Source: an uncultured delta proteobacterium (GTDB taxonomy: Bacteria; Desulfobacterota; Syntrophobacteria; Syntrophobacterales; Syntrophobacteraceae). Taken from it: a DNA stretch of 64,000 nt. Of this stretch, positions 19,888 to 29,818 are shown in pieces. The position numbers and the translations under genes were made by a program. The stretch spans positions 1 to 64,000 of the forward strand of contig CAWEHK010000024.1 of NCBI GenBank assembly GCA_963808625.1, given 5' to 3'. The notes below the pieces were generated by a model, which worked only from the letters and a program-made list of their open reading frames with translations, was not told the origin of the DNA and did no database searches. Each line of letters opens with the position of its first letter. Position 1 is the stretch's first letter.

Positions 19888-21335
19888 AAGGGTCTGGCCT
19901 TTGCGGGAAATCCACCCGGTTTGTGTTCCTGGTCTGGCTGATCGTTTCTTTCGTGGGGGTGAACCTGTTCACACCCGGAACGACGAGGGCCCTCACCCTG
20001 AGTGATGAGAAGAAACTCGGGAAAGAGACGCTTGACCTGATCAAACGGCACCTGCCGCTGGTCGAGGATGGTGAAGTTCAGAGCTATGTTCAGGCGGTTG
20101 GCAACCGCATCGTCAAACAACTGGGAAGCACAACCTACGACTACCAGTTCTTTGTCATCAACGAGCCCGTCCCCAACGCCTTTGCCGTCCCGGGCGGCTA
20201 TATCTTCATCTACCGCGGCCTCATCGAGATGATGACCAGTGAGGGTGAACTGGCCGGGATTCTCAGCCATGAATTGGGGCACATCCAGGCTCATCACTAT
20301 CAGCGGCGGATGGAAGAAGGCACGATGCTCAATATCGCCACCATCGCGGGGGTTATCGCGGCCGCCTTGATCGGCGCCAAAGGGGGCGGGGCGGGGTCGC
20401 AGGCGCTGGCCATGGGTACCATGGCCGGAGCCCAAACGGCGCAATTGAAGTATAGCCGCGAAAATGAAGAAGAAGCGGACCAACTCGGGTTGCGCTACCT
20501 TTGTGCTGCAGGATACCCGGCAAAAGATATGGCAAGCGTTATGCAGCGCTTGAGTCAGGCTCAATGGATGGCAAATTCCAGCATCCCTTCCTATCTCTTG
20601 ACCCATCCCGCCTTGACCGAGCGCATTCAATATCTGCATGACCTGGCGAAGAAGCCGGAATATCAGTCAAAATCGGCGAATTCAAACATCCTGGGCGATT
20701 TCCCCATGATGCAGGCATCCCTGATTTCGGAATACTCTGACTCCCGTGCTGCTGAGGAACGCTTCCAGGCTGGAGCGCGCAAGGGTGACGTCACCGCCAC
20801 CTACGGTCTGGGACGCTTATACCTGCGGCAGGGAAAGGTCGCCGAGGCCTTTCCTTATCTGCAGGACGCCGCTCGGCAAGATGCGACGAGCCCCTTTGTC
20901 CTGAGCACTCTGGGGGATGCTTATCTCAAAATGGGAAAACTGAGTGACGCGCAGAGGGTTTTGCAGAGCGCGCTGCTCTTGGACCCTTCCGCTCCCGTCG
21001 TCCACTTTCGGCTGGCTCTGGTGTTGAAAGAGATGGGGCAAAAGGAGGAGGCCATCCGGCATCTTCAGGTTATCGAGCCCTGGGCCCCCGCCTATCCGGA
21101 TATTGACAACAATATGGGGATTATTTATGGGCAGATGAATCAAATGGGTCTGGCTCACTTTCATCTTGGCCGTTACTACTTTCACCGGCATAAGTGGGAC
21201 GTTGCCGTCTTCCATTATCGAAAAGCCAGGGCGCTCATTATGGATTCACCGCAAAAGTTCGAAGAAATCGACCAGGGACTGAAAGAGGCAGAAAAGCATT
21301 TGAAAGAGAAGGCATTGCGCGGAACGAGGAAGTGA
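19884..21335 (+). CDS. M48 metalloprotease with TPR repeats (BepA-like)
   Basis: NAFAVPGG, HELGH, YSRENEEEAD, THP, TPR-like C-terminus. Confidence 0.9.
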   Translation: MKGSGLCGKSTRFVFLVWLIVSFVGVNLFTPGTTRALTLSDEKKLGKETLDLIKRHLPLVEDGEVQSYVQAVGNRIVKQLGSTTYDYQFFVINEPVPNAFAVPGGYIFIYRGLIEMMTSEGELAGILSHELGHIQAHHYQRRMEEGTMLNIATIAGVIAAALIGAKGGGAGSQALAMGTMAGAQTAQLKYSRENEEEADQLGLRYLCAAGYPAKDMASVMQRLSQAQWMANSSIPSYLLTHPALTERIQYLHDLAKKPEYQSKSANSNILGDFPMMQASLISEYSDSRAAEERFQAGARKGDVTATYGLGRLYLRQGKVAEAFPYLQDAARQDATSPFVLSTLGDAYLKMGKLSDAQRVLQSALLLDPSAPVVHFRLALVLKEMGQKEEAIRHLQVIEPWAPAYPDIDNNMGIIYGQMNQMGLAHFHLGRYYFHRHKWDVAVFHYRKARALIMDSPQKFEEIDQGLKEAEKHLKEKALRGTRK

Positions 21336-21380
21336 TGCGAGATGGTGCCTTTGAACTAACCGAGCCTTCAGGAGGGGTAA

Positions 21381-22961
21381 ATGAAGATTTTGATCAGTGA
21401 TGATCTGGCCGAGCCGGGTATCCAAAAGCTCATGAGCGTGCCTGAGTTCCAGGTGGAGGTGAGGACGAAGCTCGCTCCTGAGGAGCTCTGCCGGATTATC
21501 GGGGACTATGATGCATTGGTGATTCGCAGCGCCACGAAGGTGACCGCGGAGGTCATTGATGCTGGAGATAATTTGAAAGTTGTTGCCCGAGCGGGGATTG
21601 GACTTGATAATGTGGACATCGATGCTGCCAGCCGCCGCGGGATAGTGGTCATGAATACGCCGGAAGGGAATGTCATCACCACTGCCGAGCATGTCATTGC
21701 GATGATGCTTGCCTTGAGTCGCAACATTCCCCAGGCAAATAGTTCAGTGAAAGCTGGAAAATGGGAGAAATCGCGATTCAGCGGCCGGGAGGTGTTTCAC
21801 AAAGTACTGGGGATTATTGGCATTGGCAGGATTGGGCGGATCGTTGCCGACCGGGCCAAGGGCCTGAAGATGAACGTCATTGCCTATGATCCTTATATCA
21901 GTCCCGAGGTGGTTGAAAAACTGGGGATCAAGGGGGTGAGCCTCGACGAGCTTTATGCGCAATCGGATTACATCACGATCCACACACCCATGACCAAAGA
22001 AACCCGCAACCTGCTCAATGCGGACGCTTTCAAGAAGATGAAAAAGGGAGTTTTCATCATCAATTGTGCGCGTGGCGGGATTGTCAACGAACTGGACCTT
22101 GCTGATGCCATCCATTCGGGAAGGGTCGCGGGAGCCTCCCTGGACGTCTTTACGCAGGAGCCGCCCAGGGATAGTCCCCTCTTGCGCCTGGACCCGGTGG
22201 TGGTTACTCCCCATTTGGGGGCATCAACGGACGAGGCTCAGGAAAACGTTGCCATCGCGGTGGCCGAACAGGTGACGGAATACTTGAAGCGAGGCACGAT
22301 ACGCAACGCGGTGAATGCCCCGAGCATCGACGGGGCAACGTTGGCGGTCCTGCGCCCTTACCTCGTTCTCGCGGAAAGGCTGGGAATGCTTCAGGCCCAG
22401 ATTACCGGGGGGGCCATCCAGGAGGTCAATGTTGTCTACATCGGAGAAGTTGCCACGGTGGACACCAAACCTTTGACCTATTCGATCCTCAAGGGGATAT
22501 TGACCCCGATTCTTGGAGATATGGTCAACTTCGTCAATGTGCCCGTGGTGGTCAGAGAAAGAAACATCAAAGTGACGACATCATCGCGGGATGAGGCCGA
22601 AGATTTCACCAACCTTATCAGCGTCCATGTGAAAACCGCCGAGGATGAAAACCTCGTGGCAGGGACCATGTTTGGAAAGAAAGACCCGCGCCTGGTGCGA
22701 ATCAATGACTTCCGCCTCGAAGCGGCGATGGAGGGTCATAGCCTCTTGATCTACAACATTGATACCCCGGGAACGATCGGGGCCATAGGGACCTGCCTGG
22801 GACGCCACCAGGTCAATATCTCCATGATGGGCGTGGGCCAGGTGCTGGAACGAGGTGAAAACATCATCTTCCTGCGGACGGACACGCCTGTCCCGCAACA
22901 CGTGATTCAGGAATTGCTGTCTCTGGATAACGTGAATGTCGTGCAAGCGATCAAATTCTGA
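21381..22961 (+). CDS. serA: D-3-phosphoglycerate dehydrogenase
   Basis: RAGIGLDNVD, GIGRIG, TPHLGAST, C-terminal ACT domain. Confidence 0.96.
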   Translation: MKILISDDLAEPGIQKLMSVPEFQVEVRTKLAPEELCRIIGDYDALVIRSATKVTAEVIDAGDNLKVVARAGIGLDNVDIDAASRRGIVVMNTPEGNVITTAEHVIAMMLALSRNIPQANSSVKAGKWEKSRFSGREVFHKVLGIIGIGRIGRIVADRAKGLKMNVIAYDPYISPEVVEKLGIKGVSLDELYAQSDYITIHTPMTKETRNLLNADAFKKMKKGVFIINCARGGIVNELDLADAIHSGRVAGASLDVFTQEPPRDSPLLRLDPVVVTPHLGASTDEAQENVAIAVAEQVTEYLKRGTIRNAVNAPSIDGATLAVLRPYLVLAERLGMLQAQITGGAIQEVNVVYIGEVATVDTKPLTYSILKGILTPILGDMVNFVNVPVVVRERNIKVTTSSRDEAEDFTNLISVHVKTAEDENLVAGTMFGKKDPRLVRINDFRLEAAMEGHSLLIYNIDTPGTIGAIGTCLGRHQVNISMMGVGQVLERGENIIFLRTDTPVPQHVIQELLSLDNVNVVQAIKF

Positions 22962-22983
22962 TGCTAAGGGGAGAATGTGGGGT

Positions 22984-23412
22984 ATGGAAGAGAAGGAAGA
23001 AAAAGGCTTCGTCGTGAAAGATCGCCGAAAGTTTTCCCTGGATGATGCGGAGCGAGAGACGGCTGCCGAGCAGGTCCAGGAACAGACGAAGGCCGAGCGG
23101 GAGGAGACGCAAGCCGGTCCCGCGGAGTCTTCACGAGAAGATCAGGAAAGAGGGAGCATTCCGCTGCCGGAGGTAACTCTGGCGACTTTTGTTTTTTCGC
23201 TCAGTTCTTCAGCATTGCTGCATCTGGGTGAAATCCCGGACCCTGAAACGAACACGGTTCAGGTTCATTTGCCTCTGGCGAAACAAATCATCGATACCCT
23301 GGGGATGCTCCAGGAAAAGACCAAAGGCAACCTGGAGCCAGACGAGGATAATCTTTTGAAGTCGGTACTCTACGATTTACGCTTGCGATACGTTCAGAAG
23401 AGCAGCAAGTGA
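22984..23412 (+). CDS. DUF1844 domain protein
   Basis: GFVVKDRR..LGEIPDP..AKQIIDTLGMLQEKTKGNL. Confidence 0.85.
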   Translation: MEEKEEKGFVVKDRRKFSLDDAERETAAEQVQEQTKAEREETQAGPAESSREDQERGSIPLPEVTLATFVFSLSSSALLHLGEIPDPETNTVQVHLPLAKQIIDTLGMLQEKTKGNLEPDEDNLLKSVLYDLRLRYVQKSSK

Positions 23413-23453
23413 TGCGGTGGGAGCCGCTGGTCGTCAAGAGGAGGTCAGACTGA

Positions 23454-24319
23454 TTGCGCCTTGAAGTGAGCGTGCCGGCCAAGATTAATCTCTGGCTGGA
23501 GGTCATCCGGAAACGGGATGATGGCTACCATGACCTATCCAGCCTCATGTTGCCGGTGGCGATTTATGATTGCCTGGAGCTGGAAGCTCGCGAGGGGAGC
23601 GGTATCAGTCTCGAGTGCGACGAACCGGGGTGCCCTCCGATGCCGGCAATCTTGCGTGGCGGGCCGCTGAGGCGTTTTTCGGCGCGGTTCGGTCGAAAAT
23701 CGGGGTGGCTATTCGCCTTACCAAGAGGATCCCGGTAGCCGCCGGTCTCGGCGGCGGGAGTGCGGATGCGGCAGCGGTGCTCCTGGCGTTGAACCGGATG
23801 GTTGGGGACCGCCTTGCCATGCCCCGGCTCGAGAGCCTGGGGCAGAAGCTGGGGGCCGATGTGCCCTTTTTCCTCCACCAGCGGCCGTCATTGGCGACCG
23901 GAATCGGGGAGAAGCTCAATCGGGTGGATGGGCTGCCGGACTATCCCCTGGTCCTGATCAAACCGCCGTTAAACGTCTCCACACGCTGGGTTTACCAAAG
24001 TTTGAAGTTGACAAGAGGCGAGAGCCGCATTAAACTTGCTCGCTTTATGGAACGCCCCTGGCAGCTTCGCGAGGTCATGGAAAACGACCTGGAAACGGTC
24101 ACGCTAAGTGCCTATCCTGTCTTGGCTCAAATTAAGGAGTGGTTGCTCCAGGAGGGAGCTATCGGGGCGCTTATGAGTGGCAGTGGTCCCACGGTCTACG
24201 GGGTATTTCGCGACGGCAGCCAGGCCGCAGCGCTTGCTGCGCAGGCAAAGTGCACATGGGAAGGATGCTGGGTGGCCGCCACTCGAGTCTGCGGGAATGC
24301 TGCTGTCAACATAAGGTAA
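23454..24319 (+). CDS. ispE: 4-diphosphocytidyl-2-C-methyl-D-erythritol kinase (frameshift near 23630)
   Basis: [39 protein letters not shown]. Confidence 0.94.
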
Positions 24320-24332
24320 GAATGTTTGTGTT

Positions 24333-24407
24333 TGGGGTGTCGCCAAGCGGTAAGGCACGGGTCTTTGGAACCCGCACTCGGAGGTTCGAATCCTCCCACC
24401 CCAGCCA
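24333..24407 (+). tRNA. tRNA-Gln (TTG)
   Basis: Acceptor stem TGGGGTG/CACCCCA, anticodon loop CTTTGGA, GTTCGAATC, encoded CCA. Confidence 0.97.
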
Positions 24408-24480
24408 GTTTTTTTGGGGCCAAAAGTCAAGCCTGCAGAATTCCAGCCCCCGCGAGGAGAGGGTTAAGGTCAAAGGGACC

Positions 24481-25422
24481 ATGAAAGACAGGCTCCTGAT
24501 ATTCTCCGGCAATTCCAACCCGCAGCTTGCCCGGGACGTGTGCAACCACTGCGCGGTGGTGCCGGGACGGCTGCTGGTCGGGCGTTTCAGTGACGGCGAG
24601 GTCCGAGTTGAGATCGCGGACAGCGTGAGAGGGAAGGATGTGTTTGTCCTGCAATCCACCAGTCCGCCGGTAAATGAACATCTTATGGAACTCCTGGTGG
24701 TGATCGATGCCTTGAAACGCGCCTCAGCGCGCCGGATCAACGCGGTCACGCCCTACTACGGATACGGACGCCAGGATGAAAAAGAAAAACCACGGGTCCC
24801 CATCGCGGCCAAGATGATGGCTGATCTGATAACGGTCGCCGGCGCCGACCGGCTGGTCGCCATCGACCTCCATGCAGACCAGATCGAAGGGTTCTTCGAA
24901 ATCCCGGTGGATCATATCTCGGGGACGGAGATCCTGTTGGAGGATGTCAAGAAGGCCTTACGGGGAGATGAAATCGTGGTGGCTCCGGATGCGGCCGGGG
25001 TCGGGAGGGCCAGGAGGTTTGCCAGACGTTTGGGAGTGGATCTGGCAATCATGGATCACCGGGGGACGGACGATCTGCCCTACTCACGGATTGTCGGCGA
25101 CGTCAGGGGCCGCCGTGTCATCATCCTTGATGATATGGTGGATACCGGCAATACCCTGATTCGAGCCTGCGAGGGGGCAACCGCGGCGGGAGCGGCCATT
25201 GTTGACGCTTATTGCGTCCATGGTATTTTTTCAGGGACTGCTCTGGAAAAGCTGGACGCTTGTCCGCTGCGATCGGTGACGGTCACCGATACCATTCCAC
25301 TCTGCGAGAAAGCCCAATATTCGAAGAAGATCCGAACGGTGAGTATTGCTCCGATGCTCGCCAAGGTTATCCAGTGTGTACACAGTGAGGAATCGGTCAG
25401 CGCTCTTTTCGCGAGTGCATGA
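24481..25422 (+). CDS. prs: Ribose-phosphate pyrophosphokinase (divergent catalytic loop)
   Basis: FSDGE, VRGKDVF, PYYGYGRQD, DLHADQI, DDMVDTG; canonical locus. Confidence 0.9.
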   Translation: MKDRLLIFSGNSNPQLARDVCNHCAVVPGRLLVGRFSDGEVRVEIADSVRGKDVFVLQSTSPPVNEHLMELLVVIDALKRASARRINAVTPYYGYGRQDEKEKPRVPIAAKMMADLITVAGADRLVAIDLHADQIEGFFEIPVDHISGTEILLEDVKKALRGDEIVVAPDAAGVGRARRFARRLGVDLAIMDHRGTDDLPYSRIVGDVRGRRVIILDDMVDTGNTLIRACEGATAAGAAIVDAYCVHGIFSGTALEKLDACPLRSVTVTDTIPLCEKAQYSKKIRTVSIAPMLAKVIQCVHSEESVSALFASA

Positions 25423-25454
25423 CCCCCTCGAGATCTTTTAGGAGGCGAATTGCC

Positions 25455-26060
25455 ATGGATGTTGAAATGAATGTTCAGTTGCGAACCAAGACCGGGAAGG
25501 GTGCGGCGCGACGGCTGCGCAGGCGGGATGCGGTGCCGGCTGTCCTCTATGGTCCGAAGACGGCACCGGTGCTGCTTGCGGTGCCGGCACTCCGACTGTT
25601 GAAGCTCCTGCGGGAAATGGGAGAAGAGAGCAAGCTGATTCGCCTTGTCATCGAAGATGGCAACGATCGGCAGGTCAGGCAAGCGTTAATTCGCGAAGTT
25701 CAAACCCATCCGGTTCGCCGCCGCTTTGTGCATGTGGATTTTTATGAAGTGCCGCTGGATCAGCCCATTGTTGTCGAGGTGCCGGTGGAGCTCGATGGCG
25801 AATCGATCGGGGAGAAGAAAGGTGGCGTGCTCGACCTCATCCGCCGCACCCTTGCCGTGCGTTGCCTTCCCGGGGAAATTCCGGAAAGGGTCCACATTGA
25901 TATCAGCAACCTGGACCTGGGTTCGTCCGTCCGCGTTGGCGATCTGGTCGATCGCGTGCCCTTCGAACTGGTGGATGACAGAAGTGTTGGGGTCTTGACT
26001 GTTTCCGCTCTCGAGGAGGCGGCTAAGGCCGCGGAAGGTTCGGAAGAGGAACAGGTCTAG
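25455..26060 (+). CDS. rplY: 50S ribosomal protein L25 / CTC
   Basis: GKGAARRLRR..VPAVLYG, HVDFYEV. Confidence 0.95.
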   Translation: MDVEMNVQLRTKTGKGAARRLRRRDAVPAVLYGPKTAPVLLAVPALRLLKLLREMGEESKLIRLVIEDGNDRQVRQALIREVQTHPVRRRFVHVDFYEVPLDQPIVVEVPVELDGESIGEKKGGVLDLIRRTLAVRCLPGEIPERVHIDISNLDLGSSVRVGDLVDRVPFELVDDRSVGVLTVSALEEAAKAAEGSEEEQV

Positions 26061-26108
26061 CCCCCGCTGTCGTGGAAACCGGCGGGGCCCGCGGCGAATG
26101 GACAAGCA

Positions 26109-26734
26109 ATGGGCGAGCAACTCGAACGGGTGGATCAAATTGTTGCCGTTGTTGGCTTGGGGAATCCAGGAAAACAATATGAAACTACCCGCCACAATGC
26201 TGGTTTCAGGGTGCTGGATCGACTGGCTCAATTGCTCTCGGTAAGGTTGGAAGAGCGAAAATTCCCGGCCAGCTGGGGCACTTGCACGATTGAACGGCAA
26301 AAGGTCCTTCTTTTCAAACCGCTCACCTATATGAACCGCAGTGGTGAGGCCGTCAGCCAGGTGCTGCGGTATTTCAAGGTCCTGCCAAAACAAATGCTTG
26401 TCATCCATGATGACCTAGACCTAGACCCGGGGCGCATCCGTCTGGCCCAGAGGGGCGGTGCAGGTGGACACCGGGGGTGACGTCCATTATAGAACACCTG
26501 GGAGACCAGGATTTCGCCAGGTTGAAATTGGGCATTGGACGGCCGCTGCACGCTGAGACGGTGGAAGGATATGTGCTCCATTCGCCCTACCCGGAGCAGG
26601 AAGGAGTTTTTGAGGGAATGATAAAGCGCGGCGCAGAAGCCGCACAGACAGTTTTACTGTCGGGCATGGTGACAGCCATGAACATTTTCAACAGGAGTGA
26701 TGTCCGCATCGAAGCTTCTTCGCGTGCCTCATAG
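26109..26734 (+). CDS. pth: Peptidyl-tRNA hydrolase (frameshift near 26476)
   Basis: VGLGNPG, TRHNAGF, KPLTYMNRSG, GGHRG, RLKLGIGRP. Confidence 0.95.
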
Positions 26735-26898
26735 TCGGCACCCGCCCAACCCGTCTCCTTTCCGTGGTGCAGCATGCGATTGTCCGGAACAAAATCCGGA
26801 TCTTCTTTTGGGCCTTTAAATGACTATTGAGTAGTGGTACAATAAGAAGCCGCTTTCCAAGCGGGGAAAACCTTTAGAAATCCACGAGCAGGGAGGAA

Positions 26899-27456
26899 AT
26901 GATGTTTAAAATCGGAGATTTAGCAGTTTATCCCGCTCATGGGGTTGGCAAGATCGAGTCCATCGAGAATCGAAATATGGCGGGAAAGAGACAAGATTTT
27001 TACATCATGCGCATTTTGGAAAATGAGATGAAAATCATGATTCCTATCCCCAATGCCACGCCGTGGGATTGCGGGGACTTATTGACTCCGACCGATATCC
27101 CCAGGGTATACGAGATCCTAAGGACACGGGAGATTTCGATCAATGGCGGCACCTGGAATCGGCGCTACCGGGGTTACATGGAAAAAATCAAAACCGGTTC
27201 CATTTATGAACTGGCCGAAGTGTTGAGGGATTTGACTGTTCTCAAGGGTGACAAAGAGCTTTCTTTCGGTGAAAGAAAAATGTTGGATACGGCCAGAGGC
27301 CTTCTTCTGAAGGAGCTTTCCATTGTTCGCGAGGTAAGCGAGAACGAACTCGAGGAAGAAATTCGTCGAAATCCTGAAATAAGTCGGATCAGAGTCCGGT
27401 TTGTGTCCATCCCAATCCCAGAGATCGCGGGGTCCTTTATGCCGGGATGCGGGTAA
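26899..27456 (+). CDS. carD: CarD family transcriptional regulator (probable small indels; true end may be ~27382)
   Basis: VYPAHGVG, WNRRYR, LSFGERKML. Confidence 0.92.
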   Translation: MMFKIGDLAVYPAHGVGKIESIENRNMAGKRQDFYIMRILENEMKIMIPIPNATPWDCGDLLTPTDIPRVYEILRTREISINGGTWNRRYRGYMEKIKTGSIYELAEVLRDLTVLKGDKELSFGERKMLDTARGLLLKELSIVREVSENELEEEIRRNPEISRIRVRFVSIPIPEIAGSFMPGCG

Positions 27457-27708
27457 GACGGAGGAGCGGTTGGGCGAGGGCCTGTCACACAGAGGAACCA
27501 CCTCAGAAAATCACGCCTGCAATCGGGTTGTCTTATTTTTTTTCACGACAGAGCTTGGCTTAAGCGAATCATGCGAAAGGTTCCCCGGAAGTATTCAGCA
27601 GTGGGCGCATGATGCCGAGAGTCCCGGGGAATTGAAAGGCCTTTGTTTGACTCTCGCGGTTTCAGTGAGAAAGCGACGCTAACTCACGAAAGAAAGGAGG
27701 TGATCGAA

Positions 27709-28744
27709 TTGAGCTGGGCCTGGCTTGTGTCTAAAAGTGCTCTTGCTTATCATCTGTAGCGTGGGGGGTTACTTCATTGCGGCCAAGACCGAAGCTCTTG
27801 CGGAGTATCAATGGGCTCCCTGGGCTGGCTCGCTGGTGGGGATCATCGCTGCCCTGCTGGCGCTTTCAGTTGAGAAATTCATCAAACAGATGCCTCTTAA
27901 GGGGCTTTTTGGTGGCACCATCGGTCTCGTCATCGGACTTTCCATTGCGAAGACTCATTGGCTATGGTTTTATCGGCCTGGATAATGATGCCATCCGCGT
28001 TACGATTTATGTCGTACTGTCATGCATTCTTGGCTACATAGGAATGGTTCTAGGAAGTATCAGGGTTGAAGAAATACGGATGCCCAACTGGCCTGGTCGA
28101 TGCGGGGCGGAGCGTATCGAGGTGGCCAGGTGGCAAAGATTCTCGATACCAGCGTCATCATTGACGGTCGCGTTGCGGACATTGTTGAGACGGGCTTTCT
28201 GGGCGGCGTCCTGGTGATTCCCGAGTTTGTCCTGCAGGAGCTCCAGCATATCGCCGACAGTCCTGATCCTACCCGAAAGGTTCGCGGTCGACGCGGTCTG
28301 GATATAATCAAACGTCTTCAGCAGGAGAAATTGGTTGAAATTCGAATTGATCGACAGGATTTCGACAACCTTAATGATGTGGATGCTAAGCTGGTGGCCC
28401 TGGCGTTGAAAATTAACGGCAAGATCATCACCAACGATTACAACCTGGCGAAAGTTGCTGAAGTTCAGGGTATCCGCGTGTTGAATATCAACCAGCTCGC
28501 CAATGCGTTAAAGCCAGTCGTGTTGCCGGGCGAGGTGTTGCGTCTGCAAATCTTGAAAGAGGGCAAGGAGCAAGGGCAGGGAATAGCCTATCTGGAAGAT
28601 GGAACCATGGTGGTTGTGGAAAATGCCTCCAGATTGTTGGGCAAGGAAGTTGACGTTGCCGTTACCAGTATTTTGCAGACGACCGCCGGTCGCTTGATTT
28701 TTACCATCCTCAAGGATTTTGAACATACGCGTCAGCAGCACTGA
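27709..28744 (+). CDS. PIN/TRAM domain membrane protein (YacL-like; several frameshifts in the 5' half)
   Basis: [43 protein letters not shown]. Confidence 0.9.
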
Positions 28745-28757
28745 ACTTGTTGTCACA

Positions 28758-29807
28758 ATGGCTGAGAACTACGAAGAGGCGACGGGAGGAGAAGGGGCTT
28801 CAAGCCTTGCCGGCGGTCCCTTTCCGCCTCCCGAGATGGTGTTCGTAATCGATGATTCAGACACCGGTCAACGACTCGACGTTTTCCTCAGCCGTCACGT
28901 AAAAGGGTGTTCCCGCAGTCATCTCCAGAGCTTGATAAAGTGTGGCGAGGTCCTGATCAACGGTCTGTGCGGAAAACCCCGTTATGAACTTCGCACCATG
29001 GATCGCATCTCGGTGCGCCTTCCCCGCCCGGAGCATGCGGCTCGTTTAACTCCTCAGACGATGCCCCTCGATATTCTCTATGAAGACGAGGACATTGTGG
29101 TGATCAATAAGGCCCCGGGAACGGTGGTCCATCCCGGTGCCGGACATGCTGAAGGCACGCTGGTGCATGGACTCCTGGCCCACTGCCCGCGCCTGGCGAC
29201 TCAGGGCGCTCCCTTGCGGCCGGGGATTGTGCACCGGCTGGATCAGCATACATCCGGGGCCATCGTGGTGGCGAAAAGTGATGCGGCCTATCTGGACCTG
29301 ATCCATCAGTTCAAGGAGCACACGGTAGGGAAGCAGTACCTGGCATTGGTGTATGGGAGTTTCTCGCAATCCACCGGTGAGGTCAGGACCTCACTGGGGC
29401 GCCACCCCGTAGATCGCAAGAAGATCGCCGTTCTGGAAGGGAAGGGGCGGGAGGCGGTCACCCACTGGCAGGTGGAAAAGGCGTGGGAGGAGGTCACGCT
29501 CCTGCGCGTGACCATCGAAACCGGTCGCACTCATCAGATTCGAGTCCATTTGAGCCACCTGCACCATCCCGTCGTCGGCGATGCGACCTACGGCGGGGGC
29601 AAACGCAAAGCCCACCTGCTAAAGTCCGAGGAGTTGCGGGAGATATTGGTGAAAGTGGAGCGGCAGCAGCTGCATGCTGAGGTCCTGGCCTTCCGCCATC
29701 CGGGAACACATGAACCGCTTGTCTTCAAGGCTCCTCTGGCTGATGATTTTGCCCTGCTTCTGCAGCAGCTTGCGGCGCATTTTCCGTGGCAGCTTCGCCG
29801 AAAGTAA
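28758..29807 (+). CDS. rluD: RluA/RluD-family pseudouridine synthase
   Basis: S4 domain, VVHPGAG, RPGIVHRLD, TGRTHQIRVH. Confidence 0.9.
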   Translation: MAENYEEATGGEGASSLAGGPFPPPEMVFVIDDSDTGQRLDVFLSRHVKGCSRSHLQSLIKCGEVLINGLCGKPRYELRTMDRISVRLPRPEHAARLTPQTMPLDILYEDEDIVVINKAPGTVVHPGAGHAEGTLVHGLLAHCPRLATQGAPLRPGIVHRLDQHTSGAIVVAKSDAAYLDLIHQFKEHTVGKQYLALVYGSFSQSTGEVRTSLGRHPVDRKKIAVLEGKGREAVTHWQVEKAWEEVTLLRVTIETGRTHQIRVHLSHLHHPVVGDATYGGGKRKAHLLKSEELREILVKVERQQLHAEVLAFRHPGTHEPLVFKAPLADDFALLLQQLAAHFPWQLRRK

Positions 29808-29818
29808 TCTCGCTCCCG

